From Glycera tridactyla (Eukaryota): 64,000 nt of DNA. A program made the translations under genes and the position numbers. Positions within the stretch are counted from its first letter, which is position 1, and each line of letters opens with the position of its first letter. Positions 12,353 to 24,738 of the stretch are shown in pieces. Where the stretch lies: positions 29,450,001 to 29,514,000 of the forward strand of contig OZ286462.1 of NCBI GenBank assembly GCA_965644265.1. The letters are read 5' to 3'. A model generated the notes under the pieces. It searched no databases. It was not told the DNA's origin and saw only the letters and a program-made list of their open reading frames with translations.

Positions 12353-13277
12353 AATAATAATAATTGTATAATTCTTTATTTTACTTCGCCCGTTACATAA
12401 AATGAATATGTATACAGTCGCCCCTTAAAAGGAGCNNNNNNNNNNNNNNNNNNNNNNNNNNNNNNNNNNNNNNNNNNNNNNNNNNNNNNNNNNNNNNNNN
12501 NNNNNNNNNNNNNNNNNNNNNNNNNNNNNNNNNNNNNNNNNNNNNNNNNNNNNNNNNNNNNNNNNNNNNNNNNNNNNNNNNNNNNNNNNNNNNNNNNNNN
12601 NNNNNNNNNNNNNNNNNNNNNNNNNNNNNNNNNNNNNNNNNNNNNNNNNNNNNNNNNNNNNNNNNNNNNNNNNNNNGATTATAACATATGACTTCGTATC
12701 ACATCTTACATCCTGTGACTACCACAGTCAAAACTAGAAATACTCTTTGTCAGTCTCCCACTTCCTTCTGTACAAATCAGCACCTACAGAGCTCGAACTA
12801 CCTGGTGGACAATTTTTGAAACAGCGATATGTCTGTACTATAGAGTGTACCAGAATCACGCACGTAAGCTGGTATGGTTTGAGAAGAATGTAAAGATAGA
12901 GGGGACAGGTTTTTTGTCTATGAAGGGTGATAGCCACAAAGATAAGGGCTTCATAAGGCGTCGTAATTTTTAGTTATTTCAGCGAGGTTTATCCTAAGAC
13001 CGCCGACCCCCCCCCCTCCCCACCCCGAGACGTGCTGTCGTTGCTGTTTCTGGTTACCATGATGATACTAAGATAGTTGATGATGTCTGCAGCGAAATGG
13101 CTGGATGTTAGGTATTCCAATCTCTGTCCCAAGTGATATTGTCACGAACCCCCTTCGGATTTTCACATATCATCACAACAGCAATAATTCCACCCATTAA
13201 AATAGAAGTCATCATGAGGGCGCAATGTCTCTCAGGTGATTCCGGGAAATGATCCAACGCAAACATATCGGCATTGC

Positions 13278-13556
13278 CTTATCTTCGACGGGATATCACT
13301 TTTTCATCACTCTATCTTGTTTTGTATTCTCTTTGACAGAATATCACTATTTTATCACTCTATCTTTTTTTGCATTATCTTTGATGGAATATCACTTTTT
13401 CATCACTCTATCTTGTATTGCGTTATCTTTGATGGAATATCACTTTTTCATCACTCTATCTTGTATTTCGTTATCTTTGATGGAATATCGCTTATTCATC
13501 ACTCTGTCTTGTATTGTATTATCTTTGATGGAATATCACTTTTTCAGCACTCTATT
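13278..13556. repeat. 48-bp minisatellite, about 5.5 units
   Basis: ATATCACT recurs from 13293 to 13533 (240 bp = 5 x 48). Confidence 0.92.
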
Positions 13557-15680
13557 TGGTAAGATCTGTCGTGAGTCAGTGGTCGGCCAGAGCTGATGTT
13601 TCTGTACTAGGGTTGCTTGGCATAGAAGTGGGGTCTCATCGCTAGTTCCAGCCCAGTGCCCGCATGTAGCTTTGGACACTTGGCCCGCCCCGAATCATGC
13701 AGGATATGGGACAAGGCGAAATGTAATGTAGCCTTCATTAGTACCCGTATGTGGAACCGCTATCAGACAAGCTGGATCGGAGCATGGATTCCGTCATTCC
13801 TTTATGCTATAAACACATGTTGCCAGTTTTCCAACTCAAATGTACCCGGCTGTTACGATCTCCATTTTGATTCCAAGCTTGTCAGCAAATTACCATCAAA
13901 TTGATTCAGTTCTTGGGCTCAAACGCTTTTCCTCCTTAGTCGTCCTTATCCATGGAAATCATGATATACTTGTAAGTTTTTATTCATTCTCGATCGCGCG
14001 ACAGCTAATTCACATTTTTTAACCCCATCAGCTTGGAGCGAGGGCAGCTGTCTGGTCACTGTGGTGATTAATATCGGACCCTCTATGTCCTCACAAGGCA
14101 TACTCTATTTTACATATGTTCACGAAGTAACGGAGAAAGTCTGCCAGCACTGTCTGACACAAATAGTCAGAATGCACAGTGCCAGTGCCAGTGCACAGTG
14201 CCATTTCATTCCTCGTGTACCACTTCTGCCACTGTTCAGCATGGAAAAACTGTGACTATTTTGCTTGAGAGAAACTCTTGAATTCTCCAGATGTTCCATT
14301 ATATATCATTAGCATGTTGGCCATAAGTTACATATTTGTATGATTCATATCGCGCTCAACTTCACAAGCAACGAAGTATTTCCCCTGTACTACAATGTTG
14401 AAATTTCAACAGAATACATTCTCAACAATTTTGAAAAAGGAAGCGAACTCAGGGTATGGATATCCCGATATTTGAATCTGAGTGACTTTTTTTTCTATTC
14501 TAGCGTTTCACGGGGTACGGGAGACGAAAGGTTCGCGGACAAACTTGATAGATACCGTTGGTTTATTGGGACAAGCGCTACCACAATGAACCCAATACAC
14601 GTTTTCTGCCAGACATCGCCTCTGCTGGAGAATAAAACACTATTGCAAGTACGAGCGACTCTTGGATTGAGTGACCGTGGTTCGCAAATTTTCGACGTGG
14701 ATTTGGGATTTGTCAGCTTCCATGTGGTGCATTGAAATTTTTCTGATACTTATCAGGAACTGCCACAACAGCCGGATGTCAGAAGTTGTTAAACTGGGCA
14801 TGCCGTAGTGGTTACTCTCCTGTGTTTGACTATAAACCTGCATCTAGCAAGTAATTATTAAAGTTCATGTATTATCGCTATATTGGCTGTGTAATAACAT
14901 TGTTTTTGAGCGACAGAGGCTCGTGGACAGACAGACAGACAGACACACAGACACACTCACACATGCACACACACATGCGCATATACACACATTGATATTC
15001 TTCCATCCATCGATCTGCTGATAAAGTTACGTTCTTAATCGCATCATCGTTNNNNNNNNNNNNNNNNNNNNNNNNNNNNNNNNNNNNNNNNNNNNNNNNN
15101 NNNNNNNNNNNNNNNNNNNNNNNNNNNNNNNNNNNNNNNNNNNNNNNNNNNNNNNNNNNNNNNNNNNNNNNNNNNNNNNNNNNNNNNNNNNNNNNNNNNN
15201 NNNNNNNNNNCATATGTATCATGTATCTTCACTATTTTCAGCCCCGAGTCAACGGTACAACATAACGGATAGTCCCTCAATACATCGGGTTTGTCTCAAT
15301 ACTATGATAACACTACAATCCTACACTGTTTATTTGATTGTATATACTCGTCGTTTTCTTTTATTTCTACGCATATATGACTTCGAATGCTGTGTTTTGA
15401 AAAATATTACTATTGTATGCCTGCTTTGTATATATGCTTATAGGAGTGTGAGATACAATAAAGCGTTTTGAATTTGAATATCTACATTCATCCATCCATC
15501 GCACGACCAATCTCTCTGGTCATACTAACCACCTTATACAGTCATTCATTCCTATTGTCTCTATAACCTTAACGATGTTTGGCATCTACTCTTGATTATC
15601 CATGAGATTCATTTAGCAGATTGATCACCACATGGATGTCTCATTGCAATCACTCTTATCACCGGAACTGACATTCCAGA

Positions 15681-15869
15681 ATGGACAAGCTCGAGTTACA
15701 ACTAAGTGAAATGGAAATGCTTGGAGCCATGTTCCCATCATCGGGGGAGTTGCGGATGCATGATGAGGTGATGCTGGAGGATATGAGACGTTACATCGAT
15801 GGACTGAGAGAGGCGACACCGAGATGTTTGGCCTTCACCGTCACACTTCATCTGTCGGAACCTCATGAG
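15681..15869 (+). CDS. RWDD2A: RWD domain-containing protein 2A, coding exon 1 of 2 (63 codons)
   Basis: ATG at 15681 with an in-frame TGA just upstream (15669-15671). Translates MDKLELQLSEMEMLGAMFPSSGE...LHLSEPHE and ends at a phase-0 donor GAG|GTATGT. I recognise it as the RWD-domain N-terminus of RWDD2A (LQLxEMEMLxxMFP). Confidence 0.93.
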
Positions 15870-16276
15870 GTATGTGTGAGAAAGAATAATCACCTGCGCA
15901 AATGGCCTTGGGTAGGTGCTTGACTATCCCATTCATTGTTGGGTACCATCTGTCAATTAATCTTTCAAATCATGGACAGGAACAGCGGACAGGAATGGTA
16001 CTGAGTAAGTGAAGGAGGCTGGGTATAATTCATTTTCCCTGGCTGTATGTATCTTCATTATAGAATAAAGACTAACTAGACTATCATCATAATAGGATCC
16101 TTGCTCCGTTAGAAGGACACTATCGGTTGATCCCTTAGAATTCGCAAAGAAAACCATCGAGTCATAATGATTTGGAGTTTGGACTATATACCAGAAAATT
16201 TCTATGGAATAGAGTACGTTCTCGTCGCACACATTTTATCAACTTCTTGATGATTCATGTGTTTGTTTTTTGATAG

Positions 16277-16978
16277 GCCGATGTGATCGTTCTGTGTACA
16301 TTGCCTTTGGAATATCCTGATGTTATACCCGAAGTATTTGTGAGGAGTGAATCAATGACGAGAGCCAGCCAGAAATCAGCTAATGATGCACTACTGAATC
16401 ATATCACGGATGTCTTCGAGAGGGGCGAATTGTGTATGGCATCAGTTCTTACATGGGTTCAAGAGAATATTGCCCCATTCATTGACACCAACCAAGACCA
16501 ACCTCACCAAAATGTGCCTAGCAAACGCTGCAAATACTCAGGACTCTCTCGGCTCTGGATCTACAGTCACCACATATACCGGAAAGAACTCCTCAAGAAG
16601 ATTCCAGAAGCGGCTAAGGAATTAGATCTGACTGGTTTTGTACTCTCAGGAAAACCAGGTATCATATGTGTAGAGGGATTACGAGAACACTGTGATGAAT
16701 ACTGGCAACGTTTACGATATCCAAACTGGAAGCATATCTCATGTAAACATCGTGAAGACCACCAATTGGTTGCAGATGAATCTCTAGACTCACAACTTGA
16801 AGTCTTTCGGATGTTCAGCTCATTTGAGGAGCTCGCATTTGAAGCTCATGGTGATTTTGGCTTGCGTAATGACTACCACATGGATCTGGGACAGTTTCTG
16901 GAATATCTGAAACGATATCAGTGTGACTATGTCTACAAGATATTCTTTGGACTGGAAGGCAAAAGTGGGACAAGTTGA
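16277..16978 (+). CDS. RWDD2A: RWD domain-containing protein 2A, coding exon 2 of 2 (joined protein 296 aa)
   Basis: Acceptor TTTGTTTTTTGATAG|GCC, phase 0, in frame with exon 1. Contains RLWIYSHHIY, GFVLSGKPGIICVEG, RYPNWKHISCKH and EAHGDFGLRNDYHMDLGQFLEYL, which are characteristic of RWDD2A. TGA at 16976-16978. Confidence 0.95.
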   Translation, partial: ADVIVLCTLPLEYPDVIPEVFVRSESMTRASQKSANDALLNHITDVFERGELCMASVLTWVQENIAPFIDTNQDQPHQNVPSKRCKYSGLSRLWIYSHHIYRKELLKKIPEAAKELDLTGFVLSGKPGIICVEGLREHCDEYWQRLRYPNWKHISCKHREDHQLVADESLDSQLEVFRMFSSFEELAFEAHGDFGLRNDYHMDLGQFLEYLKRYQCDYVYKIFFGLEGKSGTS

Positions 16979-17469
16979 CCTTATCGTATTGATTGGGAAC
17001 TATACCAAATTGACCATACTTCGTCATATTGTTGGCTTCTTATCACCCACCCATGCACAGAGAGAGCGATAGAGAGGGGGGGGGGGGAAGACAGACAGAG
17101 ACAGACAGGGAGGGGGGGAGAGAGCGAGCGAGCGAGCGAGNNNNNNNNNNNNNNNNNNNNNNNNNNNNNNNNNNNNNNNNNNNNNNNNNNNNNNNNNNNN
17201 NNNNNNNNNNNNNNNNNNNNNNNNNNNNNNNNNNNNNNNNNNNNNNNNNNNNNNNNNNNNNNNNNNNNNTGATTGGAGTGACCTGGCAGACGTTCTCTTT
17301 GCTCCAAGGTATGGAAAGTGCCAGCTAGCTGACGTCTGTAAATAAAATACTTTCAACCTGATGATATCTTTGTCTTCGGATGCCCCTTGAAATATACTGT
17401 AGAATATGCACACGGACACCTACACGCACACACCTTCGTATCCACGTACAGATGGCTCAGAATTTGAAG

Positions 17470-19150
17470 AGTAGGCTGCAGCAGCGGGCTTCAGGAGGGG
17501 CCATTCCACTGGCACGTGCCTGGTATCCATCTTGGAGGAGATTTTGGAGGGAATAGACCAGGGGCGTGCCACTGGGTAAGTCTTCCTGGACCTGAAGAAG
17601 GCGTTCGACACGGTGGATCATGAAGCCCTGCTGTACAAGCTATCACCATATGGTGTGTCGGACAATGCTTTGAGTTGATTCAACTACTTAGAGGATCAGC
17701 AGCAAGTAAATAGAGTTCGTGATATATACTCTGATTCCAGGAATGTTAAGTGTGGGGTACCACAGGGTTCAATATTCGGCCCACTACTCTTCGTCATTTA
17801 TATCAATGACCTTCCCTATTATGTTACAAGCAGCAGAATGAAAATGTATGCTGATGACACTGTTCTCTGTGCCACGAGTAATGACCCTGATCAATTTGAA
17901 TTATACTTACAGCTTGCCATCATCGAAGCTGAGTCGTGACATTAAATGTGAGCAAAACGAAATGAATGCTATTCGGAACCCCATAGAATCTTGCGAAATA
18001 CCATAATATGAGCATGGATATGGGTGGTGGCAAGATAGAAAGAGTCGAGTCATTGAAATACCTCGGGGTTTTCCTGGAGCTGCGACTCAGATTCGACAAG
18101 CATATTATTTACACATCAATAAACTGCTTTTCTTTTCTTTGTTTGAGCTTTAACGGCATGTATCAACCCGTGGGTTATGTATGCCGTGTGTTCCTGGTTA
18201 ATGAAAGCTAGATGTTCTCTCCCCTTCAGAAATTACTCTCACAAACCCTGAACACAAGTTGATGGGGAACCTGAAAGGTTGTCAAGTGGAAGTAGCTGAC
18301 AGTTCAGACACACCTCTACCTAATCTAAACACACATAATAAACCTTTGATGGCATATCTAACTATGTAGCTGGCTGGAAGCTAACACCCAAGCCTGATAG
18401 CAATGCCTTTTTCTCTGCAAAGTGCAGCACTTGACACAAGGGAAAGCATTAGGTTTGGGGAATACTCAACCAAAGTGTTCAATTACAAACTGCCAACTTC
18501 AAACCAGCTTTACAATAATTTCTTGCCCTATGCTCGCAGTACAATGCCATCACACTTCCTAGTAACCTAGTCACAGCCCTAGTAACCCAGAACTGGTGTG
18601 CCTGGTACCCGCTTTTTGCATAGTGTCAATAAACTGCACAAGGAAAATATCCATCATCGCCAAAGCCAGGAAGTCCATTGATATAGATACTGTCACTATG
18701 CTTTATAAGTCCCTTGTGGTACCAATCATAGACTACTATGATCTTGCATACGGCAGCATAGGTATCACAAATCAACACCGATTACAAAAACTTCAGAACG
18801 CGGCTTGCCGGGTCATCTTACAGGCAAATTCTCTAGACTCCCCTCGAGATATTCACCAAATTCTAAGAATGCCTCACCTAACTGAACGAAGGGAAGACCA
18901 TCTTTTGTAAACAAGTGCATACATGACAAGAGCCCATATCCACTAAATAATCTATTTGAAAGTCGTGTGGCCGACGAGGGGCCCTTAACTAGAAGCCAAA
19001 CCACTAGCAAGCTGGTCATACCTCGCTCATCTATCATGATGGGTGACAAACGAATATCGGTGAGGGGAGCTCAATGCTATAAAGGCTTGCCATCTATTAT
19101 CAAATATACAAATAGCCTTACCGTATCTAAAACACGTTTGCACATTTGTT
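17470..19150 (+). mobile_element. Degraded CR1/L2-group LINE reverse transcriptase (stops and frameshifts), interrupted by a SINE-like insert
   Basis: GFRRGHSTGTCL, VFLDLKKAFDTVDH, GVPQGSIFGPLLFVIYINDLP, MYADDT, LKYLGV, then after the insert MLYKSLVVPIIDY...LQKLQNAACRVIL. Confidence 0.92.
18128..18625 (-). mobile_element. SINE-like family A copy with 12-bp target-site duplication
   Basis: TCAATAAACTGC at both 18116-18127 and 18626-18637. The LINE reading frame resumes after the insert. Homologous to copies near 20632, 43558, 45950, 54278, 54738 and 63505. Confidence 0.85.
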
Positions 19151-19524
19151 TTCAATAATAATCGTATGTGATACATTTCGTTTATCATACATGTCAAAAG
19201 CGTTCGGTGAATGCGGTCGCCTTACTCACTCCCTCAAACTGCAATGCTGCAGCATGCAGTGCAGTCTCACTTGCACTCATTCTACTTCACGAAGAAGTAC
19301 TGCCAACATAATTGAGATGAAACAGTCTTATGTTACATTCCGTCTGTATGTATTTGTGTGTGTCTATATGTGAGTAATTTTGCTATTATGAGTTGTAACA
19401 TTGTGATGTATATACATAGAGATGGAAATGAGGATTTTTCCTCATCTCCAGAATAAAAATGTTGAAGCCTTTTGAAGCCTTTGAAGCGCCTTTGAAGCAT
19501 GCACATACAATCATATCTATAAAT

Positions 19525-20240
19525 GCAGACTGCCAGAAGATGCAACTGTGTATTCAGTAGAAGTTAAAGCCATGCAGCTCGCCATAGAACATATGTCAGT
19601 TTCACGGAGGTGAAGCTTCATAATTTTCTCGATCTCTGCAATTCATTGCTCATCCAATTGAAAGGCGAGCACTGAACCTTGACAATTCTATAAGGTTAGA
19701 TGTTTCAATTTTGCTGGACCCCAAGCCATATTGACATCCCTGGCTATGAAACTGTGGACCGAGCTGCTGAATCTGCCCGGGATGATCCCATCCCCGATAT
19801 GAAGGTCCAATGCACGGATTTCATTTGTCAAAACTTTAGTTGGCGGGAAATGGAAAGGAAATGGGATCAAATTACAAATAACAAACCCCGTAGCCTGCAA
19901 CCGCAAATAAAGGAACAAAGATTCCTCGTACATAACTGGCGAGGAGAGATTTTTCTCTCTTATTTGAGAATAAGACAAACTCATCTCAGGCATCCCTACC
20001 TACGGAGAACCAGCCATGGTGGATTGCTCGTCAATGCTCTTCAACTGTTGAACATATCTTGCTGGGATGTGCTGATGTCCTACATAATAGAAATAAATAT
20101 TATTTCAGCGATAGCGAACTTGATTAATCTTGCCTCGGGTTCCGTGGAGGTTCCGTGAACTCGAGCCACTGCTATGTATCTCGTAATCGGCTTGTTCGGA
20201 GATCAGCCGGCACACTTATAGGAGTTATTTATGAAGGAGA
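19525..20240 (+). mobile_element. Degraded I/Nimb-group LINE fragment (RNase H and C-terminal region)
   Basis: RLPEDATVYSVEVKAMQLAIEH...FIIFS and FCWTPSHIDIPGYETVDRAA match WxPSHxGIxGNExAD of RNase H; LRIRQTHLRHPYL matches LRxGHTxLTHxYL. Confidence 0.82.
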
Positions 20241-20631
20241 ATATTAGGGCTTGACTCACAACCTGAACACCTTGGCAGATGCACATTTCCCAAAACTGCT
20301 AACTAACAAACGCCGTGCTCTACCTCCACTCTACCTCCACTTATGTTGGTCCGACTCTCATGCTATAAAAGCCCAAATCATCAGCAAAAATGGCCTATTC
20401 ATTCATATTCATGCTTGCTCCATTTGTGAAACACAGAAATCCTCGGATGCGTGCAACAATGACCTTCCTGGAATATTGGTAATTTTCACACCCACTACAC
20501 TTTGAGCCAGAGTACCACTCCCTTTGTACCTGATGAGCTAGGATGTATAGGTGTTGCCACGATGATGTCATGACCAATGCGCACCATCATCTTGTTTCCT
20601 CATGCAGATTTATGGCCTAGTCCTTTACCTT

Positions 20632-20878
20632 GAGTTTCAGATATGCCATTTTCAGGTTCATTATGTTCATATCACGGAGTTAGAGATATGTCTGAACTGT
20701 CAGCTACTTCCACTTGACAACCTTTCGGGTTCCTCATTGATGCATCATCTTGTGCTCAGGGTTTGTGAGAGTGATGTCTGCAGGGGAGAGAACATGAAGC
20801 TTTCATTGACCACGAACACACGGCATACATAATCCTCTGGCATGATACATGTCGTTAAATGTCAAACAATCAATCAGA
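20632..20878 (+). mobile_element. SINE-like family A, 3' part
   Basis: Reverse complement of the 18128 copy; ends ...CACGGCATACATAATCC...GATACATGTCGTTAAA plus an (AATC)-type tail. Confidence 0.8.
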
Positions 20879-20976
20879 CAATATGGCCAAGTCGGATGTG
20901 GAATGGTACGAAGCATATTTCAACAAATATATGGCACGGTTTGGTTGTCTTTTTCTCCTGGGCACCATCTAAGGTA

Positions 20977-21154
20977 CAGTCGAACCTGTCTATAAAGACC
21001 GCCTTCGGTTGCCCCAAAAAGTGGTCTTTATAAGCAGGTGGTCTTTATAGAGAGGGAATTCACTGTTGGAAATACTACCACGGTCGCAGCTCAGGGTGGT
21101 CTTTGTAGAGAGGTGGTCTCTAAAGAGAGGTGGTCTTTAGAGCAGGTTCGACTG
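20977..21154. mobile_element. Tc1/mariner-type MITE, complete
   Basis: TA|CAGTCGAACCTGTCTATAAAGACC ... GGTCTTTAGAGCAGGTTCGACTG|TA. Confidence 0.92.
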
Positions 21155-22270
21155 TACGTTGAGACACGTATGTAATGGGCAAGGGGCGGATCATTCGAGA
21201 CCACATTTCCCAGGTTTCTAACAGAAGTTGCAGATTGGTCAAATTCTCCAGCCAACTGGCGGCCCAATGAGGTGATCCCTTGTTCACTCCGGGACGCTGA
21301 GGCCAAAAACAACTGACCTACAGAAATGACACCATGTGAGTCAATCTCATATTCACGGGGTAACACTGTGGTCAACATGTTCAATAACACCTTTAGTGTC
21401 AGCCATTTTTAATTGATTTTCACCTTGCGTTTGGGAAACGGGGCGACTTGAATGATCCCTCCTATGCATATTGCATAGGCATTACAATATAGCAGATATG
21501 GTGCTTACGTAACATTAACCTAGAACCAATCAACCAACAATTGGCGAAGTTAGCAGACATTCAAGAGAGGAAGTGGGTCGCCATTGTCGCTGGAGTGTAG
21601 GACACTTATTGTCAAATTACCTCAGCCTCAATCTGAAATCATCGAGTATTCCCCGAACTCAACCCTGTATTGTAATTTTGCAAATCGTTGTGTAGCAATG
21701 AGCATTTTATGGCTTAGGTGTTAGGTAAGCGTGCATGAGACTACTCGTACTAGTCGGGGAGGAAGAGGGGACCAACAAGCACCCCTTCCCCCCCCCCCCC
21801 CAGCATAATGGCATGATTCAAAACGTTGACGTGATTTCAATGGTCCGCTTCCTTGTTTTCAGGGCCAAAAATGAAACCGCGTCTGAAAGCGTCAAAATCA
21901 GCATTTTGGGGGTTGGGGAAAGGCCTAGTGAAAAATGCGTCAGTTTTTCTTTGATGGAATATGTCCTCCATGGTATTAATCACAGTCTCAAATACAAATA
22001 ACGTCAGTTTAACCTGGCTAAAATAGCTACTTGGCCATTACTTGACACCCATGAAACAAATCACATCAACATCAGCACAACTGGTATGTTTCAGCATTAT
22101 GAAGGTCTATCTAGTAGTAGGACTAGGGGAGACGAAACCAGAGTGTCAATGACACCGAAGCTCATCTGACCCTGCATCTGTAATATGCATACTAACACTG
22201 ATTGCAGAATTTGAAAAGTGACCCAATCGGCCTAATTACCAAGTTGTCAACAAGGATTACACACAAAATA

Positions 22271-22529
22271 CAGTCCAACCTCTCTATAAAGACCGCCTTC
22301 AGTTGCATCAAAAAGTGGTCTTTAGAGGGAGGTGGTCTTTTACAAACTCTGAAATTGTTAGTGGCCATTGGGTACAGTAAAACCTGCCAATGAAAAGTGG
22401 TCTCTCAAGACAGATGGTCTCTCATTGGAGGTATATTTGACTATGTCAAACAGAAAAGAGCCGATAGAGAGCGGTCTCCCATTAGAGGGTGGTCTCCCAA
22501 AAGAGGGTCTCCCAAGACAGGTTTCACTG
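22271..22529. mobile_element. MITE fragment (22271-22342) plus complete MITE (22375-22529)
   Basis: TA|CAGTCCAACC... (truncated); TA|CAGTAAAACCTG ... CAGGTTTCACTG|TA. Confidence 0.85.
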
Positions 22530-22700
22530 TACTATCTTTTATGATAGTGTAGCCANNNNNNNNNNNNNNNNNNNNNNNNNNNNNNNNNNNNNNNNNNNNN
22601 NNNNNNNNNNNNNNNNNNNNNNNNNNNNNNNNNNNNNNNNNNNNNNNNNNNNNNNNNNNNNNNNNNNNNNNNNNNNNNNNNNNNACAAATGTATGTGCAT

Positions 22701-22758
<58 letters not shown>

Positions 22759-23019
22759 ATTTTTAAAAAAATAATTAGGAATGGGAAGGGCAAGGGAAGG
22801 AAAGGATGAAAGCAACACCCTAGTCATTGTTAAAGAATTCAATAGGTGTTTACCACTGGAGAACCTTACATAATGATGAAAGCGAAGCCCAGAAGAGTGC
22901 GTTCATTACGGAGAGGTCTCACACAATAGAGACTCAGCGAATGATATGCGTCGATTTCAGCCATTTCAAGAATGTGCACTATTAAGCAAGTTAGGCTTGT
23001 ACACAAATGCGAACAAAGT

Positions 23020-23766
23020 AGCCTAATTGCCAATTTGTTAACAATAATTTTACACAAAACATGACCAGGCTTTATGGCCAATGCTCTCTTCTCACTAATG
23101 AAACAATCATAATCAAAATCCATCAAGAATTGAAGGAGGAGATACAATTTTAGTGACCCCTGGCTAATGACCCAATTAGCCTAATTACCGAGTCATTATC
23201 AAGAAAATCACACAAAATGTGACCAGGATCTGTGTGCAATGGTTGATTCTAACCAATAAAACAATCAGAATCAAAATCCATTGAAAATTGAGGGAGGAGA
23301 TACAGTTTTTGTGATTTTTAGCTGAAAACTCAATTAGGTTTGACACAATTAGCCTGATTACTGAGTCGTGAAAATGAATTTTTGAAAAACCCGACCAACT
23401 TTTGTGGGCAACGCTTATATCTCACCAGTAAAACAATCAGAATCAAAATCCATCAAAAATTGAGGGAGGAGATACGTTTTTGGTGATTCTTGCATAATCA
23501 CTCAATTAGCCTAATTACTAAGTCATTAATGAGAATTTCACACAAAATATGACCAGGATGTGTGTGTAATGCTTGGTCCTGTCTAATAAAACAATCAGAA
23601 TCAAAATCTATCAAGAAATGAGGGAGGAGATGCATTGTCTGTGAATTGTGGACGACGACGGACGACGGACGACGGACGACGGACGACAGACGACGGACGA
23701 CGGACGACGGACGACGGACGCCGCGTGATGGCATAAGCTCATCAGCCTTCGGCCAGATGAGCTAAT
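23020..23766. mobile_element. pearl/HINE-like (non-autonomous Helentron-type) element
   Basis: About 4 diverged 157-173-bp tandem units (AAACAATCAGAATCAAAATCC..AATTGAGGGAGGAGAT), a (GGACGAC)n microsatellite at 23649-23720, and a terminal hairpin AGCTCATC-agccttcggcca-GATGAGCT at 23736-23763. Confidence 0.7.
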
Positions 23767-24738
23767 CAGTTGTGTAGTATGTGTAAACTACCTCGTTCTC
23801 AATTTGGAAGAAAATCTCAATTTCAAACATCATGTGACCTATATGAAACAACAAATACATACAAAGGTCATATCCATAGGTATAATATCATAAATCAAAA
23901 TACTGCTGTAATGCGTTCTGAGTCTCGGGATCTCTCCGAGTGACTACTAGGATATCATACATGGGGCCGGGACTACATCCTCCCACATTGATTAGCGACT
24001 TATGCACGTAGTCAATTGGTAAGATAATACTAGTAGAATCCACACAGATTCTAGTGAAATCCATACATATCCTAATCCTAGTAAAATCCATGCAGATCCA
24101 AACATAGTGAAATCCATATAGATCCCAATCCGTATGAGTTGAGTGGATGAAGTAACACATACTGTCACTCAGGTTTATGCAACAGTGCATCCCCAAAATG
24201 CCTGTAAGGAGGAGCACTGGATTTGAATTTGTAAAACTGCACAGTTATAACACCTCTACAGTTACAGAGCGACCAACGTTGAGAACTCTCTCCTAAAAGA
24301 CATCAACGCCAGCAATAGTCTAGCTATTGACATCTCGAATCGTCCAATATTGATTGCTCAACTGGCATCTCGGCTGTTCTAGTGTTCATGATTATATATG
24401 GTTTGAACTGATTGTTATCAGTAATCACATGTACCATGAACATGCTGTCCTTCTGTGCATAAGTATATTTGCCATGAAATGTGTGTCTTAACATATCCAT
24501 CCTACCTTGATTCTTCACTCCCATTATCCCAGATATGAGAATAATAAAGCGTAATCATATGATAATAAGATAGATGTGATAAAACAATAGAATTGTTCCA
24601 ATAGCCCCATGTATATCTAAACACAGCTCCCATCTTTGTCCAGTGATCATGAGACCAGAAATTGTACGCCAGGTGCCCCTCTACCCGACTCATGTTTTGT
24701 ACGAATGCGAAGTTGCATAGATGCTTCTATAAATGTTC

